A DNA stretch of 63,978 nt, the filler included, from Octopus bimaculoides (lineage: Eukaryota), in the NCBI RefSeq assembly GCF_001194135.2. It is 5 parts of 5 records of this genome, joined end to end, with 100 filler letters (N's around TTAATTAATTAA, not from the genome) between each part and the next. Parts side by side here need not be neighbours in the genome. Positions count along the whole stretch, not along the records: positions 1 to 25,071 come from NC_068993.1; positions 25,172 to 42,764 come from NC_068990.1; 3 more parts are not named here. One strand, 5' to 3'. The translations under genes were made by a program, and so were the position numbers. Under the pieces are notes generated by a model, which searched no databases, was not told the DNA's origin, and saw nothing but the letters and a program-made list of their open reading frames with translations. Of this stretch, positions 13,686-25,879 are shown piece after piece (position 1 is the stretch's first letter; every line of letters begins with the position of its first letter).

Positions 13686-13905
13686 GAGTATGGAACCACA
13701 TTTAGTTAAGGATTTTGGCTGCTCCTGTTCGACATTCCAAATTCAAGATTTCTATAGAGTAACTTGTTGAAACTCATGATTTCAGTGAGGCCTCAGAGTG
13801 AATGCTCGGTGAATGCGAGTCTAGACAACTCGCAACAGGTATTGAGCACATTTGAGTTTTGAATGCGTTTGCACAAGAAATCCTATGTATATAGACAGAC
13901 AGACA

Positions 13906-13981
<76 letters not shown>

Positions 13982-14136
13982 NNNNNNNNNNNNNNNNNNN
14001 NNNNNNNNNNNNNNNNNNNNNNNNNNNNNNNNNNNNNNNNNNNNNNNNNNNNNNNNNNNNNNNNNNNNNNNNNNNNNNNNNNNNNNNNNNNNNNNNNNNN
14101 NNNNNNNNNNNNNNNNNNNNNNNNNNNNNNNNNNNN

Positions 14137-14202
<66 letters not shown>

Positions 14203-14405
14203 GAATGTATGTATGTATACAGGGAGAATCTTCCTTGTGAATCACTAATGTGAACATGTGTCTCGAGAAGGTATGTGTGTGTCTAATTGTGTGTTTGTGT
14301 AGGCTATGAACACACGCACATACAGAGTACGAAACAGAGAGAGAGAGAGCGAGGGGAGAGAGGGGGAGAGACCGATAGAGATAGAGAGAAAGAGAACAGA
14401 GATAG

Positions 14406-14474
<69 letters not shown>

Positions 14475-14707
14475 NNNNNNNNNNNNNNNNNNNNNNNNNN
14501 NNNNNNNNNNNNNNNNNNNNNNNNNNNNNNNNNNNNNNNNNNNNNNNNNNNNNNNNNNNNNNNNNNNNNNNNNNNNNNNNNNNNNNNNNNNNNNNNNNNN
14601 NNNNNNNNNNNNNNNNNNNNNNNNNNNNNNNNNNNNNNNNNNNNNNNNNNNNNNNNNNNNNNNNNNNNNNNNNNNNNNNNNNNNNNNNNNNNNNNNNNNN
14701 ATATATA

Positions 14708-14746
<39 letters not shown>

Positions 14747-15399
14747 TATATACATGCCTACATATATGTATGTATATGTGTGTGTGCCTATGTATGTATG
14801 CATGCATGTATATATGTATGTAAATATATATATATATGTATGTATTTTGTTTTTTAACACAACCTCCAAAATTGGAGATGAAGATTACCTTTAGTTATTA
14901 ATAATGCTTCTGTCACTAATAATAATTTTTTAATTAGTCCACTAGTTAATTGCGACACCAGTGACTGAATAGACATTGAGATTCTATATATCGCTGACAG
15001 GAGATTCAGCTGTTATCGTACTGCTGGACATTTGTCACCGAGCAACGATGATGGCTGACTGAAACCAGGTGATCTGGCAGTTCCGGTGGCCGTATCAGAC
15101 GGTTCTGTCTGTCAACGATATCATGCTGAATGCTTTTATGCAACCACAAGCCTTTACGAGAAATATTTCAGGGTAAATAACACAGTATTCCATGTTCTAG
15201 CAGAACCTACGTTAAGTTGGAGACCAAGATAATATATATATTTAATATCCCTTAGATGGTTTATTCAACTCTAACTCATACAGACATATAAATGAGTAAA
15301 CCTGTACCTTTACTGTTACTCATATTTTATTTACCGGTCTCAGAATCTGCCACTCGTAAATATGAACCGTATATTTAATGTAATGCACATGCACATATA

Positions 15400-15562
15400 G
15401 GCGCATGATGGTTGTGTGGTAAGTAGCTTGGTTAACAACCACATGGTTCCGGTTCAGTCCCGCTGCGTGGTACCTTGGGCAAGAGTCTTCTACTATAGCC
15501 TCGGGCCGACCAGAGCCCATGTGAGTGGATTTGGTTGACGGAAACTGAAAGAAGCCCGCCGT
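15400..15562 (+). mobile_element. tRNA-derived SINE, family B 5' half, running into (TA)n
   Basis: TGTGTGGTAAGTAGCTTG...GGTTCAGTCCC...GACGGAAACTGAAAGAAGCCCG; same family as 35695, 53785 and 61405. Confidence 0.9.
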
Positions 15563-16086
15563 ATATATATATATATATATATATNNNNNNNNNNNNNNNN
15601 NNNNNNNNNNNNNNNNNNNNNNNNNNNNNNNNNNNNNNNNNNNNNNNNNNNNNNNNNNNNNNNNNNNNNNNNNNNNNNNNNNNNNNNNNNNNNNNNNNNN
15701 NNNNNNNNNNNNNNNNNNNNNNNNNNNNNNNNNNNNNNNNNNNNNNNNNNNNNNNNNNNNNNNNNNNNNNNNNNNNNNNNNNNNNNNNNNNNNNNNNNNN
15801 NNNNNNNNNNNNNNNNNNNNNNNNNNNNNNNNNNNNNNNNNNNNNNNNNNNNNNNNNNNNNNNNNNNNNNNNNNNNNNNNNNNNNNNNNNNNNNNNNNNN
15901 NNNNNNNNNNNNNNNNNNNNNNNNNNNNNNNNNNNNNNNNNNNNNNNNNNNNNNNNNNNNNNNNNNNNNNNNNNNNNNNNNNNNNNNNNNNNNNNNNNNN
16001 NNNNNNNNNNNNNNNNNNNNNNNNNNNNNNNNNNNNNNNNNNNNNNNNNNNNNNNNNNNNNNNNNNNNNNNNNNNNNNNNNNNNNN

Positions 16087-16124
<38 letters not shown>

Positions 16125-16144
16125 ATTTTATTCTCTTATCCCCT

Positions 16145-16670
16145 TATACGTTTCAGCCGTAAGGCTGTAGCCATGGTCGAGCACCGCCAGTGGAATCACC
16201 TTTTCAATGGCCAATCTTATGCGGTTGGCGTTTGTTGAAGGAGGGAATTCAATACAACTGCCTTCTTTTGAGTTTCCTGCCTTGATATCGGTTCATCTGG
16301 GACCTTGGGTAACAGGTAGTCAAATTGTTTCTTGGAAACATCTACTCTTACTCCGTGAAGATCCCTTCAGATATTTTGGCAAAGCGTAAAATAGCTATGG
16401 GCCCTTTAATTCCAGGCTATGGTCCTCACTCTAAACGGGATAGCTGGGACCATTAGGACATTGCTTTGACGTCCATTTGATATCGGGAGCTGGTACAGTT
16501 TGATACCAGTTCCTCTAGTATTTCCCATGCGTATATATGTGCATACCTCTCCCATCTTCGCTCTAGAGAGTAGAGTCGTAGCTCTTTCAGTCTCTTTCAG
16601 TCCCAGTAGCTCTGTTGTTCCAGTGATGCAATCTTCCTGGTGTAGCACCGCTGAAACGCCTCAGGTTCTG
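16145..16670 (-). mobile_element. Degenerate 3' end of a CR1/L2-group LINE related to 40760-42570
   Basis: The minus strand gives decayed equivalents of the NSLGFKGPQLFNILPK region; tail GGCGGTGCTCGACCATGGCTACAGCC..GCTGAAAC matches the LINE tail at about 42512. Confidence 0.7.
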
Positions 16671-16915
16671 CTATTAATATGATACTGTTGGGTGGCATGT
16701 ATGTATGTATGTATGTATGTATGTATGTATGTACGTATGTATGTATGTACGTATGTATGTATGTATGTATGTATGTATGTGTGTGTGTATGTATGTACGT
16801 ACGTATGTATGTATTATGTATGTATGTATGACTGTATGAATGTATATATGTATCCGTATATGTGTGTGTATATATATATGTATGTGTGTGTGTGTGTAGA
16901 TAGATAGATAGATAA

Positions 16916-16974
<59 letters not shown>

Positions 16975-17159
16975 GATAGATAGATAAAACTTACTTGGAA
17001 ATGGATGCGTGGCGTTCGATCATATAATAATATAAATAATATAAATGCATATATACATATATGTACAAACCTACATATATATGTATATATACATTCATAT
17101 ATGGGTACAGGACGTCGAGAAAACGTAAACAAAATGAAAAACGTGAATATAAAAAACAA

Positions 17160-17300
17160 AAACATGGGAAACGAACTTTGTTTCGAACAACGAAAGAAAC
17201 AAATAGAGAAACGAGACAGGAAACATAAAGAACAATACCTTCATCAGTTGTCCCTGTTTTAACTACTTCGCGTTTCGAACGTTGGGTCATATTTTGTTGT
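17160..17300 (-). repeat. Dispersed repeat with CGAAA...GACAACTGATGAAGG motif (copy 2)
   Basis: Reverse complement TTCGAAACGCGAAGTAGTTAAAACAGGGACAACTGATGAAGG. Confidence 0.5.
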
Positions 17301-17710
17301 TCTATAATTTTCAACTACATATATNNNNNNNNNNNNNNNNNNNNNNNNNNNNNNNNNNNNNNNNNNNNNNNNNNNNNNNNNNNNNNNNNNNNNNNNNNNN
17401 NNNNNNNNNNNNNNNNNNNNNNNNNNNNNNNNNNNNNNNNNNNNNNNNNNNNNNNNNNNNNNNNNNNNNNNNNNNNNNNNNNNNNNNNNNNNNNNNNNNN
17501 NNNNNNNNNNNNNNNNNNNNNNNNNNNNNNNNNNNNNNNNNNNNNNNNNNNNNNNNNNNNNNNNNNNNNNNNNNNNNNNNNNNNNNNNNNNNNNNNNNNN
17601 NNNNNNNNNNNNNNNNNNNNNNNNNNNNNNNNNNNNNNNNNNNNNNNNNNNNNNNNNNNATATATATATATATATACATATATACATAGATAAATACCCC
17701 CATACCTATG

Positions 17711-17779
<69 letters not shown>

Positions 17780-18266
17780 ATGTATATATATGAGACAAGA
17801 CTGATCAGTTTCAATAAATTTTATTGAAGATATTTCATATATCCTCATTAGTGTTTTATGTTTCGTTTGTAATCACAACTTTTCTAAAGCCATTAAGCTT
17901 TCAAGATCTTCTTTGTTACGAGCTGTGTATGAAACGGTGTAGCCGAGCATAATTAATGCGTTTTGTTGTCGGCATCAAGGGATCATAGGAATGCTGATAT
18001 AACTGTTAAAACTATGATCGCCGGCTTTCGCATTGTTTAACGTTTAAGTACTGTTTATTTTGAATAGCTTATTTCCCGTGTGCAGCATCGATATATTAAT
18101 TATTAAAAGCATGAACCATGCTTCATTGAAATGATAAAAGCCGATCGCAAAGGTGCTTTTAATAATTCATATTTCAAACAGACGTTGTTCCACCACAGTT
18201 AAATGCACACATTCATACACACATACGCACATAAATAAACATATAATGCATATATGCACATATGTG

Positions 18267-18314
<48 letters not shown>

Positions 18315-18415
18315 NNNNNNNNNNATACATACGTACATATATATATATATATATATATACACTTATATAGATATGATATGATAGATTAATGTTGCTACTT
18401 ATTCCATGCCAGATT

Positions 18416-18508
18416 GAGCATTCTTCAGATAGTTGTGATTGGAGTGAGGGTTCAGAGAGAATCAATACAAAACGTTGACTCGAATCAATAGCCATCTGAA
18501 GAATGCCC
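18416..18508. other. Imperfect inverted repeat / hairpin of about 93 nt
   Basis: GCATTCTTCAGAT (18418-18430) is the exact reverse complement of 18494-18506; pairing continues inward with GATT.GAGT. Confidence 0.75.
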
Positions 18509-18710
18509 TGTTTAGCATGAAATTGAAAGTCGTGGGAAAAGATTAATATATTTACTATAATAATAAGTATGCTCCACACAATGTATTAAGCACTCTCATG
18601 CTTTGTTCGTGAAGCCACTTACAATTCATGGCAATTATATATATAATGTAACCTCGTGGGCATCGGTACCATTTTCCTCTTTCTCCGTTCTTCCATTCTC
18701 CGAACTTTCC

Positions 18711-18785
18711 ATCTTTCCGACGAAGGGCTACGCCCGAAACGTCATACACTCTCTCTTTCCTTTCCTGAGCGTCCAATAATACTAT
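18711..18785 (+). mobile_element. Penelope-type terminal fragment with decayed hammerhead motif
   Basis: CCGACGA-A-GGGC-TAC-GCCC-GAAA-CGTC; downstream TTCCTGAGCGTC..TAATA is shared with 58165 and 60086. Confidence 0.6.
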
Positions 18786-18838
18786 CCATATCACGTCCTC
18801 ACTTTGTTGTTTTTTTGTTTTTTTGTTATTGTTTTTTT

Positions 18839-18869
<31 letters not shown>

Positions 18870-19332
18870 NNNNNNNNNNNNNNNNNNNNNNNNNNNNNNN
18901 NNNNNNNNNNNNNNNNNNNNNNNNNNNNNNNNNNNNNNNNNNNNNNNNNNNNNNNNNNNNNNNNNNNNNNNNNNNNNNNNNNNNNNNNNNNNNNNNNNNN
19001 NNNNNNNNNNNNNNNNNNNNNNNNNNNNNNNNNNNNNNNNNNNNNNNNNNNNNNNNNNNNNNNNNNNNNNNNNNNNNNNNNNNNNNNNNNNNNNNNNNNN
19101 NNNNNNNNNNNNNNNNNNNNNNNNNNNNNNNNNNNNNNNNNNNNNNNNNNNNNNNNNNNNNNNNNNNNNNNNNNNNNNNNNNNNNNNNNNNNNNNNNNNN
19201 NNNNNNNNNNNNNNNNNNNNNNNNNNNNNNNNNNNNNNNNNNNNNNNNNNNNNNNNNNNNNNNNNNNNNNNNNNNNNNNNNNNNNNNNNNNNNNNNNNNN
19301 NNNNNNNNNNNNNNNNNNNNNNNNNNNNNNNN

Positions 19333-19383
<51 letters not shown>

Positions 19384-19794
19384 AGAGAGAAAGAAAGGGA
19401 GAAAGACAGAAAGATAGATGTATAGAACGAAAGAGTCTGAGAGTTGAAAGCAAGAAAGGATGATGAAAGAGGTAAGATGGTGTTACCACAGCAATGGATG
19501 GTGCGTGTGGTTACCATGGCAATAAAAGACAAAACTTACCGATAGACTCCATTATCAATTCTTGGTCACCTTCCATCATCTTGACAATTTTCCTACAGCT
19601 GGTGTACTAATAGCAATAGTAATAGTAGTATTAGAATTAGTTGTAGCTTTTCTTCTTGTTCTTGTTGTCACAGCTGTATTTTCAAATTTTTTTTTCGTAG
19701 TTGTTTTTGTTGTTGCTGTTTTGTCCTTGGTCCTATACTTGTAGATATTGTTGTCAATCCTTTAGAATTGGTTATATCCTTCTGGCTATTGTTG

Positions 19795-19797
19795 CTG

Positions 19798-19865
<68 letters not shown>

Positions 19866-19986
19866 ACTACTACTACTACCACAGTGGTTGTTGTTGTTGT
19901 AATTGCTACTGCTGTCAATGTTCCTGCTTTTTTTTTGTTGTTATTTTGTTACAGACACCTTTTTATTTGTATTTTTCCCTAACAAT

Positions 19987-20030
<44 letters not shown>

Positions 20031-20210
20031 GTGCTGCTGCTGTATCACCGTCTGAATTTATTGTAGTGTGGTGACTGTTTCCAAAGTGTGCCTTTGTTGT
20101 AGTAGCAGTAGTAGTAGTGGTGGTGGTAGTAGTTTAAGTGGTAGTAGTAGTAATGATACTGATGTTGTAGACAATGACGATGATGATGATGATGATGATG
20201 ATATGAATAG
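19795..20210. repeat. Trinucleotide microsatellite cluster (ATT)n, (ACT)n, (GAT)n, (GTA)n
   Basis: Direct runs. Confidence 0.9.
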
Positions 20211-21270
20211 TTGGGTTGTTTGTGTAGGTATGTATTCACCAACACAGCTATAGATGTATGTATATAGTGTATGTATGCGTATGGATGTGTGTATATATGC
20301 CTAAATTTTTTCCTGTGTGCATGCTTGTGTGTATACCTGTTTATGCATGAATGTCTTTAAGTATATGTATGTATGTGTGTATGTACGTATATATATGTGT
20401 GTGCGTATGTTTGTATGTATGTCAAAGTGTGTATGTCTGTTTGTATGTCTGCGTGTTATCTATGGGCATATGTGTATGTGTGTGTATGCGTAGGGGGGAG
20501 GTTGACTATCTCCTCACCCGACTTACACTGCACTAACACTAGACGCTGGTCCCACCACGCCCACCACGACTGACAACAACAACAACAACACTGACCACAC
20601 ACACTCTCTTTTCATTCCTCTCTCACACACACATACACACACGCACACACTCACTCACTCACTCACGCACACACTCACTCACTCACACACACACACACAC
20701 ACACTTGGTGCGTGTCGGGTGGCCGAATACGTAGCAGGTATTGAACCTGTTATTAATAATACACTGTATGATAATATGGATACCCCCCTTCTATATAGCT
20801 GTACAATATATACTTTCTACTATGTATGTATGTATGTATGTATGTATGTATGTATGTATGTATGTATGTATTTAACTGTATGTATATAGGTATGTACGTA
20901 TAGATAGATAGATATTGATAAACACACAGACTCACGTACACGTATGTGTGTGTGTGTGTTTGTCTTGTGTCTGAGTGCTTGCGATTATATATATGTGCGT
21001 GTTTCAGGAGTGTGTGTGAATGAATGGGTACATATAAGAAAATGTGTGCAGGTGTATATGTGTATACGTGTGTGTGTGTGTGTGTGCCTGTGCTTTTCTG
21101 TGTATGTAAGTAAAAGTATGTATGTGAGTGTAAGATTGCAGGTAAGTGCGTGTTATGCTATGAGGCCCCCTATAGCATTAATTAACTGATACTCCTTCGA
21201 TACTCCTGAGTGTTTTTTGTCGTTCACTTCTTTCTAAATCTCTTATAAACATTGAAACAATTTTCTTAAG

Positions 21271-21351
21271 TTCTAATCATAAATCACCTCTGACCTCATC
21301 ACCTTTGACCCACTACATGACGTCATCAAACACCTCCAGTGTGAAGAACTG
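21271..21351 (+). CDS. Candidate symmetric 81-nt exon (model B), SNHKSPLTSSPLTHYMTSSNTSSVKN; alternatively a 12-nt microexon 21340-21351
   Basis: ttttcttaag acceptor, consensus donor CTG|gtaagt, open frame phase 2/2; an internal cacctccag acceptor is also present. Confidence 0.4.
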
Positions 21352-22415
21352 GTAAGTGCGATGTATTCTACAGATAGGTAAATTATCCCCAAACGTAGCG
21401 CTTCTGCATCCCTGAATAGGGTGTGTTTTTGAAAGTAGCCCCACGGTTGCTATGTAGTTTTTTTATAGACTTCCTATAAACCATAGACCGTGAAGAAAGG
21501 GAGAGAAAGAAGGAATAGAGCAAGTTTTCAGAAACCGTCTATATATCTTATATACATATATATATATATATATANNNNNNNNNNNNNNNNNNNNNNNNNN
21601 NNNNNNNNNNNNNNNNNNNNNNNNNNNNNNNNNNNNNNNNNNNNNNNNNNNNNNNNNNNNNNNNNNNNNNNNNNNNNNNNNNNNNNNNNNNNNNNNNNNN
21701 NNNNNNNNNNNNNNNNNNNNNNNNNNNNNNNNNNNNNNNNNNNNNNNNNNNNNNNNNNNNNNNNNNNNNNNNNGTATATATATAGTTAGGTAGATAAATA
21801 AGTAGTTAGATATGCAAATTATAATGGTCACACACACTGATTTCTATACATATGGACAGCCATTATTAGCATGCACACATATATCTACACACGAAGCTGT
21901 ATCACACAAACACCCACACGCACACATCCCGTAGAGTACGCTCACACATAGATCTACGTACAGTCTTTTAATATGCACACATGCAAGTATCTAGATACGC
22001 ATCTTGTGACACACATATTCCGCCATACGCGGGCATATATCTCCGCATAGCGAAAGCACAGAGAGACTCTCACAAGCTAACACGCTTACCCGCTTACACG
22101 CACGCACGCGGCAATTAAGAGATTTAAATTAACTCTGTTTACTGATCCGAACCATTCTTTATTGTTGTTGTTGTTGTTGCTGTTGTTGTTGTCGTTAACA
22201 TTATCGTTTCTATGGTGACCTCCACTACCGAAACAGAGGAATCATACTTTAAATGACTGGCATTGAATGAAGGTAAGCAGCCAAAACAAACAGCTGTGTG
22301 GTTTTGTTTATGTGTAATCTATATGGCTAGGTGAAGGAGATGGTGAGATGCAGAGAAGGGGGTGGAAGAGAGGACAGAAGAGTACGAGAGATTAGGGTAT
22401 ATATGTATATATATT

Positions 22416-22458
<43 letters not shown>

Positions 22459-22559
22459 NNNNNNNNNNATTTTATGTTCAGCTGTGTGTGTGTGTGTGTA
22501 TGAAGAGAGAGAGAGAGAGGTGGAGAGTGCAATGAAGGTTGAAGCAGGAAAGAGACTAT

Positions 22560-23660
22560 GGGATATGAAGGGAACGAAATGTAGTGGTAATTGTGATGTG
22601 TGATAGCAGTGCGGTGGTAAGGGCTATGTGATAGTAAGCGCAGTAGTGCGGCAATTGCAAAGCTGTGATAATTAAAATAATGTGATAATTAATTGCATTG
22701 ATGTGGTAATAACAGTGATTTGGTAATAACAATGCTGTTTTATCTGGTGCATCAGTGGCAGTGATTTGCAAATAATAACAGAAATATGGCAATAGCTGTG
22801 ATGGGATAGTAGCAAAAAAGTGAGGTAATAGCTGTGATGTGGTAAAGCAGCGTGGTAAAAAAAGAAGCACTATGGCAACTGATGTGGTAATAGAAGTATG
22901 GTAATAGAAGTATGGTAATAGAAGTATGGTAATAGCAGTGCTGTGATAAAAGCAATGGTGTGGTAATTGTGATGTGGGGATAACAGTGCTGTGGTAACTG
23001 AAGTGCAAATAGCAGCGGTGTGGTAATAGCACCGGTGTTTTTTTTTTTGGGAAATAACTGCAGTGGTAAAAGCAAACTATGGTAATAGCAGTGCTAAGGG
23101 TTTAACAAAATTGCAGAAAAAAGCAAGCTGAGGTAATACTAGGGCTGTATTGTAATAACGGTGATATGTTGGTTATAGCGGTGATATGGTTATGTCAGGG
23201 GTGTGGTAATAACAATGCTGTGGCAAAAGCAAACGAAATGATCTTGTAATAGCGGTGCTGAAGTTATAACGGAACTGTTGCAAAAGTAAGCTGTTTTAAT
23301 AGCGGTGATGTGGTAATAAACAGAAATGCGGTAATGCTAATTTGGTAAAATAATGTGCCAATAGGTAATAGTGGTGTTATAAGAGTTAACAAAATAATAA
23401 TAGTATGTAATTGATGTATGATAATAATACGTTACTGATTATGGAATGCTATGGCTGTTGTGGAATTGTGGAGATAACCATATAGTGTTTGCGATGTCGA
23501 GGTAAAAAGTCAGAACATCTGGTTAAAAAGGTAAGGTAGCAATAACGTGTTAACAGCAGAGTAAATAACAATTCTGTGGTAAATAATCCAGTAGTGATAG
23601 TCCAGTGGTAATATTCCTGTGGTAACAACACTGTTGCGTTTGAAATGATGTGGTAGTAGT
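22560..23660. repeat. Degenerate minisatellite with (GAT)GTGGTAATAGCAG core
   Basis: About 20 or more TGGTAA cores with variable spacers; internal perfect GAAGTATGGTAATA-type unit x3 near 22890-22935. Confidence 0.85.
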
Positions 23661-24927
23661 TAGTTAGTTAGTTTGTTAAGGTTTAGGGTTTAAACTGTTA
23701 GGATATAACCGTGGTGACCATATTATGGTAAACAAAAAAGCTCCTTTGAAACTGCTTTAGTAATAATATCGTGGTAAATCATGAGTGGCAAATCTATGGT
23801 ACCAGAAGTGTGGCGATATCTGTGATACGTCGAAAATCACGACTGGTTCAGCTGACAAAATATGTGGTATTGAACGGAATATAGATTGATAGGTTGATAG
23901 AGACATAGATAGATAGATGCTCAATATGAAGCCAGCATATGTAAACAGAAATGTTCTCCGTGCAATGCCTGCTGGGTAATAAGATGGTGAGGATGGAGAA
24001 GAGACGAGGTTGGAAATGGATCCAAAAGACACTTGCTGATCAGTTGAACACGTAACGAAAGACGCGTATACTGTCTTGATATATTCATTTATTTAAGTAC
24101 ATCTATAAACACACATACAATGTACACTCACAGCAGCAGACGCGGAAACATAGGTATATCATGTATATATGTCAGGGTCGTCGTTTATACACAAGACGTG
24201 CTACTATTTATGTATGTATAGATACTTCAATAATATTTTCATTTACTTCACGTTTAATATAAATATATATGCATTACATATATATACATCTGATGTATAT
24301 AAACATAGTTACGTGGTGTCATATGAACACGTGATATGCGATATTTATTTTATACAGCCGTGAATCGCGTTTAAATAGTACAGCACAACCTGTTTGCAAA
24401 CCCACTATACGCCACATGCATATGTGCGTACGTGTGGGAGTATGAATGCACGTATGTGAATGTGGGTCTTCAGGTGGGAGAGCGGGGAGCGGCTTTTAGT
24501 GTGATGGGGAAAATAGCGTGGAACAAGATTAAAATCGACGTGTCTCTGGATCCACATGCAAGATTCAAGCGTATATTTTTTTGGAATTGACATATACGAA
24601 CACGTGTTTCAATATATGAATATATGTGTGCCTATGTATATACTTTTGTACGCTTATATTTGTGCACGGGCTATATATATATATATATAGCTATTATAAA
24701 TATTTATTAATGCACATATATATATATTTATATTCTATCATATATATATATTATATTATATACATGTGTGTGTGTGTGTGCTTGCGCGTATGTATATGTG
24801 TATTTTTGTGTCTGAAGACCACTTGCTTCAACAGTATTCGATCTCACCTCTCAATTTTTATTTTTTCATTCTTTTTTCTCTTTCTCTTTTTTTCTTAATT
24901 TTTCTTTTACTTCCTTATTTAAGAATG

Positions 24928-24965
<38 letters not shown>

Positions 24966-25115
24966 GTTGTTGTTGTTGTTACTGTTATTATCGTCTTATT
25001 CCGAGTTTGGCTTCAGGAGAGTATCTTAATATAAGAATTGGCTGAGTATCTCTGGTAAGGAAAAGACAAACNNNNNNNNNNNNNNNNNNNNNNNNNNNNN
25101 NNNNNNNNNNNNNNN

Positions 25116-25127
25116 TTAATTAATTAA
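25116..25127. other. Scaffolding spacer TTAATTAATTAA inside a 100-nt N gap (also 42809-42820, 54003-54014, 61772-61783)
   Basis: Identical 12-mer flanked by 44 N on each side at four places. Confidence 0.95.
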
Positions 25128-25879
25128 NNNNNNNNNNNNNNNNNNNNNNNNNNNNNNNNNNNNNNNNNNNNATAAAGCCATCTTCCACAGGTAAAATCCA
25201 GATACATCCTGAAATAAATTGTCTCTTCTCGCAAAAACTTTCAAAAGAGGTATTCTCTGGAATGGTCGATTATATCGAAAGCCCCTTATTTTAGAGTAAA
25301 TATCAGTAAATGTTTATTGTGTGTTTGGGAATCCCTTGCTCTCCTTAGGCCTTTTGGGCCGAAAACCTTAAATAGATTTACTGAGGTGATCCCCTTCTGT
25401 AATCATAGGTTTTCATCCGTATTTTTGAAATTATATATGAATAAAAATGAAAATAAGAATAATTGTTAACGCTAGAAGGATTTGAAACCTGCGAGGTTAT
25501 ATTAGTTACTACAGCCACTTTGAATGTTTAACAAATTTTTTTTTCCATTAGTGATGTGGAATAGTCTGCAGATGTGTTCCTTCTAGGATATATAAGCTTT
25601 GTTAAAAGACAATTTTTTTTTTTTTTCGTAAGTCCGATGTGAATGTAATTTCAGTTCTGTGTTGTGTTATTCGGATATTTAGCGAGCGTTTTTAGATTGT
25701 TACATTTTTTGTGGAAAGTAAGTGACTATTTTGTATTGATATCTTAATGAACTGTGTTATTGCTTTGTCTTAAACTATTTGTTATTAACTCCCCCGTGCG
25801 GGGGAATTATTGTTGAACTGTATCTGTGAGGTGTACCCCCCCCCCCCAAAAAGGAAAAAAAATTGTGTTCGGCGTTTTG

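Noticed and set aside
14940-15170. Unique-looking segment with possible splice sites
   Set aside because: All + frames between the candidate sites contain stops and no motif was recognised
18390-18545. Minus-strand peptide DFQFHAKQGILQMAIDSSQRFVLILSEPSLQS resembling a TIR domain segment
   Set aside because: Short match lacking the W-C..E motif and a good donor; it overlaps a hairpin that explains the sequence otherwise. An HMM search would settle it
22560-23660. CRISPR-like appearance of the core-plus-spacer array
   Set aside because: Eukaryotic context, short degenerate cores, irregular spacing and no cas genes
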